Shown one piece after another: positions 1 through 10,089 of a DNA stretch of 64,000 bases (its first letter is position 1; each line of letters begins with the position of its first letter). The stretch covers positions 1,568,001 to 1,632,000 of the forward strand of contig OY759599.1 of assembly GCA_963662465.1 (NCBI GenBank), in the 5' to 3' direction. Source of the DNA: Desulfatiglandales bacterium (lineage in GTDB: Bacteria; Desulfobacterota; DSM-4660; Desulfatiglandales; Desulfatiglandaceae). The position numbers and the translations under genes were made by a program. Under the pieces are notes generated by a model. It saw nothing but the letters and a program-made list of their open reading frames with translations. It did no database searches and was not told the DNA's origin.

Positions 1-1
1 C

Positions 2-1300
2 GCTCCCGGCCAGGCGGAGCGACGTCTCGAATCTCTCTTTTCGCAAAACCCTCGTTTGAGTGAGAGGGATCGGGCCTTTGCGGTTCATCTGGTTCAGGGG
101 GTTCTGAGATGGCAAATCAGACTCGACTGGATTTTGAAGCAGTATGTTCGGTTCTCCTTCAAAAAAATCGATCCATCGGTTTTAAACATCCTCCGCCTGG
201 CCCTTTTTCAGATCCTGTTTTTGGATCGCGTTCCCGAATCCGCGGCCGTCAATGAAGCCGTAAAACAGACCAAGAGCATGGGCCAAAAGCATGTGGTGAA
301 TTTCGTCAATGGCGTCCTGAGGCAGATTTGCCGTGAAAAAGAGCATCTGCCTTACCCCCACCCTGAAAAAGAGAGGGACCTCTATCAGTCCGTGTATTAT
401 GCCTATCCCCTCTGGCTGGTGAAAAAATGGTTCCATGAGCTGGGACCGGATTTGACTGAACAACTGTTGAAGGCCGGGAATGAAATTCCCAGGACAACCA
501 TCAGGACCAATACCCTGCGGACCCGCCGCCGGGACCTGCTTGATCGCCTTCTGGAAGAGGGGGTTGAGAGTAGGGCGGTTCCCTTTGCTCCCGAGGGCAT
601 CGAACTGCTCGATTTTAGAGGATCCATCTCCCGGTTAAGGGCCTTTCAAGACGGCCTGTTTCAGGTGCAGGGAGAGGCGGCTCAGATCTGCTCTCACCTT
701 CTTTCCCCCGGCAAAGGAACGAATATAGCGGATATGTGCGCCGGTTTGGGCGGAAAGTCCACCCATCTGGCCGAACTGATGGGGGATCGTGGCCGGGTTT
801 TCTCCCTGGATACCAGTATCCACCGTTTGAAAGGCCTTCAGCAAAACGTCAAAAGGCTTTGTATTAACAGCGTTTTTCCCCTGGTTGCCGATGCGATGGC
901 GCCGGTCTCTTTTTTGCGGTGGTCCGTGAATAAAATCATGGTGGATGGTCCCTGTTCCGGCCTAGGGGTCATCAGTAAGCACCCCGACACGAAACTAGCC
1001 AAAAAAGAGGGCGACATCAAACGCATGGCGATGATACAGAAATCAATTATGACCCAATCCTTGCATGCGCTCCACAGTGGCGGTGAAATGCTGTATGCCG
1101 CCTGTACCATTTCAAAAGAGGAGAATGAAGGGGTCGTGGAACAATTTTTACAAGAAAACGATGGGATTGCGCTTGAAAATTTACGCAGACACATCCCCGG
1201 ATGGGGGATCGATCTGGTGGATGACAACGGCTTTTTTAAAACCTTTCCCCATATTCACGGCATGGAAGGTTTTTTTGCGGCCCTTTTTAGAAAAATATGA
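2..1300 (+). CDS. rsmB: 16S rRNA m5C967 methyltransferase RsmB/Sun (5' end outside window)
   Basis: NusB-like N-domain (AAVNEAVK, FVNGVLR), SAM motif DMCAGLGGKS, DGPCSG and YAACT catalytic Cys motifs; frame is open to the window edge. Confidence 0.93.
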   Translation, partial: APGQAERRLESLFSQNPRLSERDRAFAVHLVQGVLRWQIRLDWILKQYVRFSFKKIDPSVLNILRLALFQILFLDRVPESAAVNEAVKQTKSMGQKHVVNFVNGVLRQICREKEHLPYPHPEKERDLYQSVYYAYPLWLVKKWFHELGPDLTEQLLKAGNEIPRTTIRTNTLRTRRRDLLDRLLEEGVESRAVPFAPEGIELLDFRGSISRLRAFQDGLFQVQGEAAQICSHLLSPGKGTNIADMCAGLGGKSTHLAELMGDRGRVFSLDTSIHRLKGLQQNVKRLCINSVFPLVADAMAPVSFLRWSVNKIMVDGPCSGLGVISKHPDTKLAKKEGDIKRMAMIQKSIMTQSLHALHSGGEMLYAACTISKEENEGVVEQFLQENDGIALENLRRHIPGWGIDLVDDNGFFKTFPHIHGMEGFFAALFRKI

Positions 1301-1319
1301 CAAAGAAAAGAGGAAAAAC

Positions 1320-1973
1320 ATGAAAAAAATAGCGCCTTCAATCCTGTCCGCCGATTTCACCCGCCTGGGCGAAGAAGTTATCTCCGTTGTGAATGCGGGA
1401 GCGGACTATATTCACATCGATGTCATGGATGGTCATTTTGTCCCCAATATCACCATTGGTCCTCTGGTGGTCGAAGCGGTGGATCGGGTTACGCAGATCC
1501 CTTTGGACGTCCATCTGATGATTTCCCAACCGGAACTCTATATTAAGGAATTTGTGAAAGCCGGGGCTAATATTATCAGCGTCCATGGTGAAAGCACCGT
1601 CCACCTTCACCGAACCCTCGAATATATCAGATCCCTGGGCGCCAAAGCGGCTGTGGCGTTGAACCCCGCCACCCCCTTATGCGTACTGGATCATGTCTTC
1701 TCTCAATTGGATATGGTCCTGATCATGAGCGTCAATCCCGGTTTTGAAGCACAGAAATTTATTCCCGAAATGATTCCAAAGATCAAATCCCTACGAAAAA
1801 AGATTGATGAACTGGGTCTTGATATTGAAATCGAGGTGGATGGCGGCATCAACCATGAAACCATCGGAAGCGTATCTTCCGCCGGCGCTGATGTTTTTGT
1901 GGCCGGATCGGCCATTTATCACAGCAAAAATTATGCCGATACGATTCAGGTGTTGAGACGGAATATGGGGTGA
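1320..1973 (+). CDS. rpe: Ribulose-phosphate 3-epimerase
   Basis: MKKIAPSILSADF, HIDVMDGHFVPN, MSVNPGF, EVDGGI motifs; AGGA RBS before ATG 1320 (the ORF-track start at 1065 is an overlap artefact). Confidence 0.97.
   Translation: MKKIAPSILSADFTRLGEEVISVVNAGADYIHIDVMDGHFVPNITIGPLVVEAVDRVTQIPLDVHLMISQPELYIKEFVKAGANIISVHGESTVHLHRTLEYIRSLGAKAAVALNPATPLCVLDHVFSQLDMVLIMSVNPGFEAQKFIPEMIPKIKSLRKKIDELGLDIEIEVDGGINHETIGSVSSAGADVFVAGSAIYHSKNYADTIQVLRRNMG
1795..1973 (+). repeat. Left copy of duplicated rpe 3' end (putative attL)
   Basis: Aligns with 43552-43731; about 21 substitutions and 1 indel by hand count. Confidence 0.9.
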
Positions 1974-2084
1974 CAATCTTCGGTCATATTTTGAGCTTGT
2001 TTCTTCTGCTCCTTACCATCCTTATCTTTGCAGCTTGGCGCATCGTTTATGGCAATTGCAATGATCTTTTCCCTGGATTTTTCA

Positions 2085-2583
2085 AGAGCGAAGGGATTGG
2101 GATTGTTTTCCAGCATCGCCATGTCATTATAATCCAAAAGCTTGGTCATGGGAAATTCGATTTCGGGCCGGAATCCCCATCGTTTGTAGCCGAAGGAAGT
2201 GGGACGCCACCTTGGGTTTTCATCCGTCAGCACGGCAAGGCTCACCACGGGACAGCGGTACTTGTCATAAATCCGGTAATTGTAAACATATAACCGCTCG
2301 GGGAAATTACGTTCATATTGCCCCTGCACCTCTATATGCGCCAAAACCATGAGAGGTCCACCGTCACGGGTATGCACCCTGACGAGTTTATCGGCAAGCC
2401 TGCGTCCCATCTCCGAATCCCTGACAAGCTGCTGAAACTCCTTGTCCATAAAGGTGCATTCTCTGTCCCAGTCAATACCGGCGTGAACGTCGGGAAAAAA
2501 GAACGCGACAAAGTCGAAGAAAAACGTTCCAGAATATCTTTCCAAGGGGAATCATAATCGGGTTGATCAGGTATCGGAAACAT
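2085..2583 (-). pseudogene. Rpn/YhgA-like (PD-(D/E)XK transposase-like) protein, N-terminal half, frameshifted and truncated
   Basis: DYDSPWKDILERF continues as FFDFVAFFFP...LADKLVRV...HIEVQGQ...YNYRIYDKY after a frameshift in a T run near 2522; stops after NPNPFA. Confidence 0.8.
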
Positions 2584-2586
2584 TCC

Positions 2587-2901
2587 TTAATTGCTTTGAA
2601 ACTCAGACTCAAACTGTTCCAGTGACCGGGTTAACACTGCTTTTTTATGTAGTTCTTTCAAAATCTTTCGATCTTCAATGGCAGCAATTGCTTTCACGAT
2701 CTTTTCAGGAATTTGAGAAAACCTTGTGGAAAGCACTTCGGCAACCATTTCCCTGGCTTCTGCCGGCATGCCTTTTTCCATACCCAGTTCTTCTACGCTG
2801 CTGATAAATCTCATTTTTCTTTCCTCCTCATAAGCAATGATCCGTTCTGAGAAATCTTTTTTAAGTTCATCGGGAAGGGTCATGATCCAGTCGATGAACA
2901 G
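2587..2901 (-). pseudogene. Rpn/YhgA-like protein, C-terminal fragment
   Basis: FIDWIMTLPDEL...YEEERKMRFISSVEELGMEKG...VLSTRFSQIPE, typical C-terminus of the same family. Confidence 0.7.
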
Positions 2902-3025
2902 AAACGGGATACCTCGATACCTAAATGAAAACCTGCCAGATCGGTTTTGCGGCCATGGCTGTCCTTGGCGATAACTTGCAGTGTATGGGAACCGGATGGA
3001 ATATTTGACAATGGAATCTCAAGAT

Positions 3026-3160
3026 CAAAACCCAAAATATCGTAAGGCTCAAAAAAGCTGTGTTATCATCAAATCAGAGGGCTATAACGAACGTTGAGAT
3101 TTATTCTATTTTTCAATTTTATCATTATTGCAATAGATTGAGAGTATTCCCAAAAAAATC
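3026..3160. repeat. Dispersed non-coding repeat, module M1 copy A
   Basis: CAAAACCCAAAATATCGTAAGGCTCAAAAAAGCTGTGTTATCATCAAATCAGAGG...AACGAACGTTGAG recurs near 32460, 35440 and 40060. Confidence 0.85.
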
Positions 3161-3288
3161 AGCACCGTGAAAACCTGGTGATTCGAATTATTTATGCCCA
3201 CATACTCACATCCTGTCCAGCATCCTCTTGGCTCCCGGGAAGGCCCTTTAAAGCAACCGACCAAATAATGAACTACATTAAGCGGCTC

Positions 3289-3561
3289 TTATTTAGTTAG
3301 CCCCAACTGCCCTTGGTTTATCTTGTTGACATACTTTCCGTTAATGACCTGCACGGTCGCAATTCGCTTATCGCAAGAAGGGCAATAAATATCGGTGCCT
3401 TTCTCTGAGTAGTCATTTATAAAAATGCCTGTATAGTCTTCCGTTATTCGGTCCCGATGAATCTTCAACAACTTTCTTCCAGGGCCTTTTTTATATTTCA
3501 GTAGTTTTTGGCCGCATTGGCAATAAATTTCAAGGATTTTGTATTTGGTTAGCTTCTTCAA
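3289..3561 (-). CDS. Small zinc-ribbon hypothetical protein
   Basis: CQCG and CPSC pairs, 90 aa. Confidence 0.7.
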   Translation of the reverse strand: MKKLTKYKILEIYCQCGQKLLKYKKGPGRKLLKIHRDRITEDYTGIFINDYSEKGTDIYCPSCDKRIATVQVINGKYVNKINQGQLGLTK

Positions 3562-3875
3562 TCGTGGTCTTTCTTGTTCTGGTTAAGGGTCAATTGGAAT
3601 TTTGAATTGAGTGCCAACTTCTGGAAAAGAAGGCGATAAATAAAGAGGCTTAAAAAACCCTTTTAAACAATCCAAAGCATAATCACAAATTTTCCATCCC
3701 ATAACAATAGAAAATTCTTAAACCCTCATTATTTTTTGCTTTCATCTGGAATCTTTTTATACCATTCAGCTTTTTGGTCTGCTATCTTTCCGATATCTTT
3801 CTTTATTTTTTTGATTCTTTCGAATCCTTTGTTTGTACTAAGATTACTATTAACGGCGAAAATGCTTGATATGTT

Positions 3876-4370
3876 TTACACTCTGGCCATTATGCAATCT
3901 TCCAGGTCATCCAGAACATTTTTTCGGTCCGGTTCCAATTCATTGTAGATTTCATGGTACAGGCCTTCGTATACCCTTAGCGTTTTGTCTTTCGACCCAA
4001 GCTTTTCGTAAAACGACTTCGATGCTGCAGCATCAACCAAATGATCATCACCGGCTATCTGCATCAGAATCGGAACCTTCAGTGACGGTGCAAGCCGATG
4101 GGCTTCTTCCATGGCTCCTACAAATTCCGTAAACCATCTGGCGCTCACTTTCCCATGCCTGAGAGGGTCGTTATCGTATTTGTTGACAACCTCCTTGTCC
4201 CTGCTGATCTTAGATGAATCCAGTTCGTTGCCAAGGGACAGACCGGGCCAAATGGATGACATCACTTTTCCCATGAATGCTTTTAAACCGGGAATCTTCA
4301 CCTTCATGCCCAACCTGGGAGAAGAAACAATAACGCCATCAATCATATCGGGGTGTTTTAAAACTGGCTC
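3876..4370 (-). pseudogene. Alpha/beta hydrolase (lysophospholipase-like), C-terminal part only
   Basis: GVIVSSP, DPLRHG, VPILMQIAGDDHLVD, YEGLYHEIYNE; the nucleophile GxSxG region is missing. Confidence 0.75.
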
Positions 4371-4374
4371 TTGG

Positions 4375-4782
4375 TTAATAAGGGACTTCCGATGTGACAC
4401 GTTCCAAGCACTCTTCTAAAGTTATCACGGACGTGGGATACCACTTGCCGGTATGCCTCATATAGCTGTATTGGAACTTATCGTCACCCAGATATTCAAA
4501 TTTGACGAATTTACTTTCAAAGAATGGTGCAGTGGCATTTGGCGGACACTTATATTTGGAACAGAAATAGAATGCGTTTCTATACCATTTGGTATAGATA
4601 TCAAACAGTTGATTTAATGACTGTTCTTCCTGAGAGACAGGCGAGAGATACTCCGGCTTGAAAACTGTTTCTACAATCACATCAGCTTTTGCTTTGATGT
4701 CCCGCTTTAATTCCTCTGACAATTCAGGTTTTGGCTCTTTGATCTTTTTTGGATTGTATCTCCATGTTTTCCGGGTTGCCAT
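4375..4782 (-). CDS. Hypothetical protein (DUF3024-like C-terminus)
   Basis: YTKWYRNAFYF...YMRHTGKWY...LEECLE pattern. Confidence 0.6.
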   Translation of the reverse strand: MATRKTWRYNPKKIKEPKPELSEELKRDIKAKADVIVETVFKPEYLSPVSQEEQSLNQLFDIYTKWYRNAFYFCSKYKCPPNATAPFFESKFVKFEYLGDDKFQYSYMRHTGKWYPTSVITLEECLERVTSEVPY

Positions 4783-4985
4783 CGTTTACTCCAAAGTGTC
4801 CAAGGAGTTCCATTGCTGAGAATATTGGCAGAAAGTATATTGGAACTCCCAAAACAGTCAAGGCAATTCGGAATTCTCCATCTTCTGGAGTATAAAATTT
4901 TGATGATTCTGAAAGCAGTGGTCCTTCTTGACAACTCTATAAAATTAAGGCTATTTTCTCCCAAACCTTCAGGGAACCATAGACT

Positions 4986-5264
4986 ATGATATGTGTTATC
5001 TGCGGAACGGAAGTGGCCTCCATTGAAGAAACCGTCGATCAAGGCTGGATTCCATGTTTTTATGACAATCAGACTGAATGCGGTCCTGCCTGTCCAAATT
5101 GTTCGGAAGCTTTTTTTGAGACGGACGAAAATGGGGACATGGAACTGAAGGAACGGTTTCAAGGGAAAATCAATTATAAGAAAGATCCTTTCGATGAAGT
5201 TACAGAGGAAATGGTCCTGATAGGTGTTGTCCTAGAAAACAACTCGAACAAAATTCTGAATTGA
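4986..5264 (+). CDS. Hypothetical Cys-rich protein
   Basis: CVIC...CPNC; first gene of a co-oriented run. Confidence 0.6.
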   Translation: MICVICGTEVASIEETVDQGWIPCFYDNQTECGPACPNCSEAFFETDENGDMELKERFQGKINYKKDPFDEVTEEMVLIGVVLENNSNKILN

Positions 5265-5271
5265 GGTTACA

Positions 5272-5562
5272 ATGATGACCGTTATGAAAGCCAGCCTGAT
5301 AGATTCTATTTGCGAATCATGTGATTGTCCAAAACTGTTGTCCTCATCTACGATTGAATCCCTCCTGGAAATAATAAAGCGTACTTTGGCATCTGGTGAG
5401 GATATCCTGATCAGCGGTTTCGGGAAATTCTGTGTTAAAGAAAAAGGGGAACGAAGAGGAAGGAACCCTCAAACTGGCGATGACTTGATGATGGATGCAA
5501 GACGGATTGTAACTTTTAAATGCTCTAATATCATGCGGGACAAGATTAATGGGAAAGGGTAG
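5272..5562 (+). CDS. Integration host factor alpha-like / HU-family DNA-binding protein
   Basis: ISGFGKFCVKEKGERRGRNPQTG...RRIVTFK signature. Confidence 0.88.
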   Translation: MMTVMKASLIDSICESCDCPKLLSSSTIESLLEIIKRTLASGEDILISGFGKFCVKEKGERRGRNPQTGDDLMMDARRIVTFKCSNIMRDKINGKG

Positions 5563-5615
5563 GGCGGTTCTTTCAAATAATCCACAGACTATTGAGAGGC
5601 ATCAGCGAGGATTCC

Positions 5616-6110
5616 ATGGCGGGTGACAAAATCAAAGAGCTCAGAAAAGGAAACCGGGAACATTTACATGATCTTTGGGAAATCGCGAAAACCGGAGATC
5701 TGAAATCACTTTCCGGGGAAGACAAGCGGTTGGCTGAAGTAATGAACGATCACAGCGATCAGTATTTTAACCAATTTGAAATGGGGGATTTGACATACGA
5801 TCACGAATATGATGCCAACTCAGAAGAAAATCCCTTCCTCCATATTATGCTTCATTCAGCCATTGAGCGTCAGTTGGAATCAAAGAACCCCATCGAGGTT
5901 TTCCAATTCTACAATTCCATGAGAAAAAAGAAAGTCTCCCGTCACGATACGATTCATCTGATAGGAGCGATCCTGACACCTCTAATGGTCAATGTTATGC
6001 GGCAGAAAGCTCCCTTTGATAAAAATAAATATGCTGCCTTGTTAAATAAATACAAAGGCAAAAAGCCAAGCAGAATATATGAATCTTTGGAAAAAGCGTC
6101 TTTGGAATAG
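5616..6110 (+). CDS. DUF1841-like hypothetical protein
   Basis: ENPFLHIMLHSAIERQL...RHDTIH motif; GAGG RBS before ATG 5616. Confidence 0.65.
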   Translation: MAGDKIKELRKGNREHLHDLWEIAKTGDLKSLSGEDKRLAEVMNDHSDQYFNQFEMGDLTYDHEYDANSEENPFLHIMLHSAIERQLESKNPIEVFQFYNSMRKKKVSRHDTIHLIGAILTPLMVNVMRQKAPFDKNKYAALLNKYKGKKPSRIYESLEKASLE

Positions 6111-6125
6111 GAGTTCATCAAAAAA

Positions 6126-6455
6126 ATGAAAAAACTCACATCCTTCACATACAGTTATGCGATGATTTCAGGAGAAAAAAGAGCGTTTGGGAAATGCGAT
6201 ATGGAGATCGAAAGCAGAAAAGCTGAACCGCCTCCTGAAAAACGGGGTGACATTGCCAGAACCTACTTTTATATGGACTGGGCTTATCCCGGTCATGGTG
6301 TTCTTTCAAATAAAAACAAGAAATTATTTCAGGCTTGGGATAAAGAGGACCCGGTTGATGCTTGGGAATGTGAGAGATGTAAGAGAATTGAAGGGATTCA
6401 AAAAAACGAAAATCCCTTTGTAAAAAAGGCGTGTCAAGAGAAGAGGATGTGGTGA
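6126..6455 (+). CDS. Hypothetical protein
   Basis: ORF with RBS, tightly coupled to its neighbours. Confidence 0.55.
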   Translation: MKKLTSFTYSYAMISGEKRAFGKCDMEIESRKAEPPPEKRGDIARTYFYMDWAYPGHGVLSNKNKKLFQAWDKEDPVDAWECERCKRIEGIQKNENPFVKKACQEKRMW

Positions 6456-7030
6456 TGGGGGTTGAATATACGAACCGAAAGGGCAAGAAATACTATCTGA
6501 ATGTGGGGAAGACCAAAACAGGAAAACCCAGATACTATTTCTCCATGAAAACACGGGAGAAGCTTGCTGAAGAAATCCCTGAAGGTTATGAAATATATGA
6601 ACATCCAGGCAATGCACAGGTCTTTCTTCGGAAAGAGATTCCACCTCTGATCACGGAACTCGAAAAAAAACTCATTGAAAAGGAACTCAAGGAATTAGAT
6701 GGTTCGAGACTGTATATTGCTGACGTAAAAGGAGAAGAAATCGTAATCTATGAGTCCAATAAGAATGTTGAAGACCTGAAAGAAGTCTTTGGTTCCATAA
6801 GCCATGATACATCCAGATTTGAGAATATCATCAAAAGCAAGACGACATATTCGCCGATCATGAAATTCATCCTGGTTGACGAAAAGAAGCGGACAGTCAT
6901 TGTGAACAGGTACTGTTTTCTGGGTTCCATTGATGACTGGATCAATGTAGCAGGCCCGATGCACTTGAAAGAGGCATCAGAAGCATTTTCACAGCATTTA
7001 GGCAAAGAATCTTTCTTTGATGTGTTTTGA
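6455..7030 (+). CDS. Conserved hypothetical protein
   Basis: YTNRKGKKYYL...GKPRYYFS...IPEGYEIYEHP...RYCFLGSIDDW; start overlaps the previous stop. Confidence 0.7.
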   Translation: MGVEYTNRKGKKYYLNVGKTKTGKPRYYFSMKTREKLAEEIPEGYEIYEHPGNAQVFLRKEIPPLITELEKKLIEKELKELDGSRLYIADVKGEEIVIYESNKNVEDLKEVFGSISHDTSRFENIIKSKTTYSPIMKFILVDEKKRTVIVNRYCFLGSIDDWINVAGPMHLKEASEAFSQHLGKESFFDVF

Positions 7031-7126
7031 TGCCTGAACTTCGCAGGTGAGTGAAATGGGCAGGAAATTTGAGTATGGAAGCTAAGTCGATTCAAATCGT
7101 CACCTTCATTAAATAAGGATATTAAC

Positions 7127-7795
7127 ATGGAACCTAAGATTCTTTCAAACCTCTGGCAAGTGGGGGGACCTGTATTCACGTCATCCGAAGACGCCGCCAT
7201 TTATCTCATACGGTTCGGTGACAAAGCGGCCCTCATTGATGCAGGGTGTGGAAACGGTCATGACCTGTTGAAACTCAACATTTCAGAATGCATACCGGAG
7301 AATATGCCGATTGAATATCTCCTGCTCACACACTGTCATTTCGACCACACAGGTGGCGCTGAAAGGGTCCGTAACGAGTACGGTTGTAAAATCGTTGCAC
7401 ATGCCCTTGATGCCGTCTACCTGGAATCAGGCGACAGCGAAGTGACGGCTGCATCCTGGTACGGCGCCAATATGGAACCGTTAGACATTGATATTAAAAT
7501 TGAAGCAGATACTCAGAGCATCAAGATCGGAAACGGAAAGATAACCGCTCATCACTGGCCCGGCCATTCTCCCGGGTCTCTGGTGTACACAACACAAATG
7601 GATGGTCAGAAAGTGTTGTTTGGTCAGGATGTGCATGGACCACTGGATGCATCACTTCATTCCGATGCCAAGGCGTATCAGGAATCACTTAGAAAAATCC
7701 TGGAAATGGAGGCAGATATTCTCTGTGAAGGACACTTCGGTATTTATCGGGGTAAGAAATCAGTTCAACAATTCATCCGGTCTTTTATTTCTTGA
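7127..7795 (+). CDS. Metallo-beta-lactamase-fold hydrolase
   Basis: LIDAG, THCHFDHTGG, PGHSPGS, GQD, EGH metal ligands. Confidence 0.9.
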   Translation: MEPKILSNLWQVGGPVFTSSEDAAIYLIRFGDKAALIDAGCGNGHDLLKLNISECIPENMPIEYLLLTHCHFDHTGGAERVRNEYGCKIVAHALDAVYLESGDSEVTAASWYGANMEPLDIDIKIEADTQSIKIGNGKITAHHWPGHSPGSLVYTTQMDGQKVLFGQDVHGPLDASLHSDAKAYQESLRKILEMEADILCEGHFGIYRGKKSVQQFIRSFIS

Positions 7796-7840
7796 TAGAT
7801 TGGATTTTAGAATAGGGGATTGAAGGTTTTTCCGTTTGAT

Positions 7841-8155
7841 CTAAACAGCCCGGCCTTCTTTGATAGCTTCCAAGGCATCTTTGTAGTGTGCCCTGACATT
7901 TTGAACGAGATCCAGGAGCTCTTCTGATCCCTCTGATTGTCGGAGAATGTTTTCGATGACCACAATCAGGGGTTCCATTAATTTCAGATTCCTGACCGTT
8001 TCCCAGCTCATGGCCTCATCAATATGGAATAACACCCTGTCGGACCCTTTGAATCCGAATTCCTCGACAACCTGCCCCCTCAATACTATCCATGCCCCCT
8101 GCAAATCAGAAATAGCAGTTTTGGTGTATCCTGTTTCTTCTTCAATAAATGCCAT
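7841..8155 (-). CDS. Hypothetical protein
   Basis: ORF MAFIEEETGYTK... with AAGGA RBS. Confidence 0.65.
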   Translation of the reverse strand: MAFIEEETGYTKTAISDLQGAWIVLRGQVVEEFGFKGSDRVLFHIDEAMSWETVRNLKLMEPLIVVIENILRQSEGSEELLDLVQNVRAHYKDALEAIKEGRAV

Positions 8156-8327
8156 CAAAATTCCTTTTTTTAGGCGATATGGGGCGAACAACCTTGATAT
8201 GCATCCCTGTCAGCGACCTCTTTCCTCCCAGGACCGGCGCACGGCGCAACCTCCTTCGCCAAATAGAACCACAGCCAGCCGAGCGCCTACATCGTAGCTG
8301 TTTTAATCAGTGGGGCTATGGGCGTTT

Positions 8328-8389
8328 CATTGGGATTGGCTCAAGGGTGGGCGCAAAGAACCGCGCTCACCCTTGAGCCAATCCCAATG
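8328..8389. repeat. Long hairpin (27-bp stem, 8-nt loop); partial second copy at 9617-9654
   Basis: CATTGGGATTGGCTCAAGGGTGGGCGC-AAAGAACC-GCGCTCACCCTTGAGCCAATCCCAATG, one G-T pair. Confidence 0.85.
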
Positions 8390-9107
8390 GCTGGTATTCC
8401 ATAGGTAGTTTAGTTGCAGGGCGCAAGGTCGGGGACCAGATTTAATCACACACCTTTGCAGCAACCCTCTTCGACCAACCTCTCAACATCGATGTGCCTC
8501 AACCCTGGTAAGCAGACCATCGGAAGGGTTTTTGGCATGCACCATGCGATTTATCTTCCCGGGAGTAGCGTATGGGCCACGCCAAAAACCTGCCAACCTT
8601 AATTCACAACCCTTTGCCCTTTGCAGCAACCTCCATAATTCCACCTCAAACTTTGGTTGCTGCCTCGAACTTCTACGACATCGGTTGGCTGTTTTCGGCA
8701 CCCTTCCCCCCTCTCCTTCCATCCCCTCCGTGCATTTGTTTAACCGCAATCCAGTTGGTATGCTGACAAATGCACGGTACAAGGAAGGGGCTAAGCATGC
8801 GGCGCCGTTCCGGCTTGCAGCCCCATCTTTTTTTTTAAAGGGGGGGAAGGGGAAAACCGCCAGTCTCGCCAACTCAATTTAATGCCCTTTGGGAAATTCC
8901 GTCCGGAGGCTGGCAACTCGCCGGAGGCGTATCAGAAGAAACAGCACAATCCAATGGCACTATGGCCCGGCACATCATCCGGCCAGGCACTTCCAAACAG
9001 CCGCAAGTGCCCCGGCCTGCTTCAGCGCCAGGCCACAGCGCCCCCAAGTTTCACCCTGGTACTTTTCCTATCAAAGCCTATCAAGCCCATAACCTTGGTA
9101 AGCAGGG

Positions 9108-9213
9108 CATCAGACCGCCCGGTGGCGGGCATATTAAACAAAAACATACATCGGATCGGCCCGGTGGCCGTCTTAATTTAAAAGAGCATACATCAGGCCG
9201 CCCGGAGGCGGTC
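9108..9213. repeat. Three ~42-bp tandem REP-like hairpin units
   Basis: CATC(a/g)G..CGCCCGG(t/a)GGCGG..-like units starting at 9108, 9149 and 9191. Confidence 0.7.
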
Positions 9214-10089
9214 ACTGTTTTGATTACATATCTTCGCAGCAACCTCTTTCCTCTCATCCACCAGCATCGGAATCCCTTAACCTTGGGGCCAAACGTCGCG
9301 CCAAAACAAGAGCGTGATATTTCTCCAACGTCCACAGTCAATGGCCCGTCCTCAATCACGCACTCGTTTTGGCGCGGCGAGGTGTGTTTTCTCTTCGCTC
9401 GCGGTAAGCTATTTCCTTAATTCAAAAGTCCTCGCATCACGCGGGCAAAGGCAAAACACCCCACTCGGTTTTGATCACATACCTTTGCAGCGATCTCTTT
9501 CCTTTTATGCACCAGCGCACGGCGGAACGTCCTATATTTATTTCAACCTCAACCAGCCGAGCGCTTCCTCTTACAGGGTCTTAACCTGTGGGGCTATGGT
9601 CATTCCATGGAAACGCGGGTGGGCGCAAGGAGCCGCGCTCACCCTTGAGCCAATTTCGAAGTTCAGTATTTCATGGGCAGTCCTCATCCTTAACAACCAG
9701 TCGCCTACCCTGCTTCTGTTACGGCCTCCGGCGGCCCGGTTCCGCGTTGTGCGCGGGTATGAGGAACTTTTCATCATTTTTCCCTATTGGCATGGTTTTG
9801 TGCAGTAAATGCCCGGCTGAAAAGAATGCCCGCATCGCAAAAACCATCGCCAATAGAAAAAAAGGAGAAACGCTATTCAATAACACCCCTTTGCAGCAAC
9901 CTCTTTTTTCTCTTTATTATCCCTCACCCACATTCCAAGTGACCATCGAACCCTGGTTATCCGGATGTGTCTGCGGACAACAAACATACCAGGACCTTGC
10001 AATTATCCGTATTCTTTTGTCCCTCTGGTACTGGTTATGCGAGGACGTTTCAACTCAACTTTGAAGTTCGATACCAACACAACCGATCA

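Noticed and set aside
1065..1319. N-terminal extension of Rpe in the ORF track
   Set aside because: Overlaps rsmB; homology and the RBS place the start at 1320.
9108..9213. CRISPR array
   Set aside because: Only three degenerate units, the linkers are short and similar to each other, and there are no cas genes.
8200..10080. Numerous short overlapping ORFs
   Set aside because: No recognisable motifs or convincing RBS, and they overlap repeats and hairpins on both strands.
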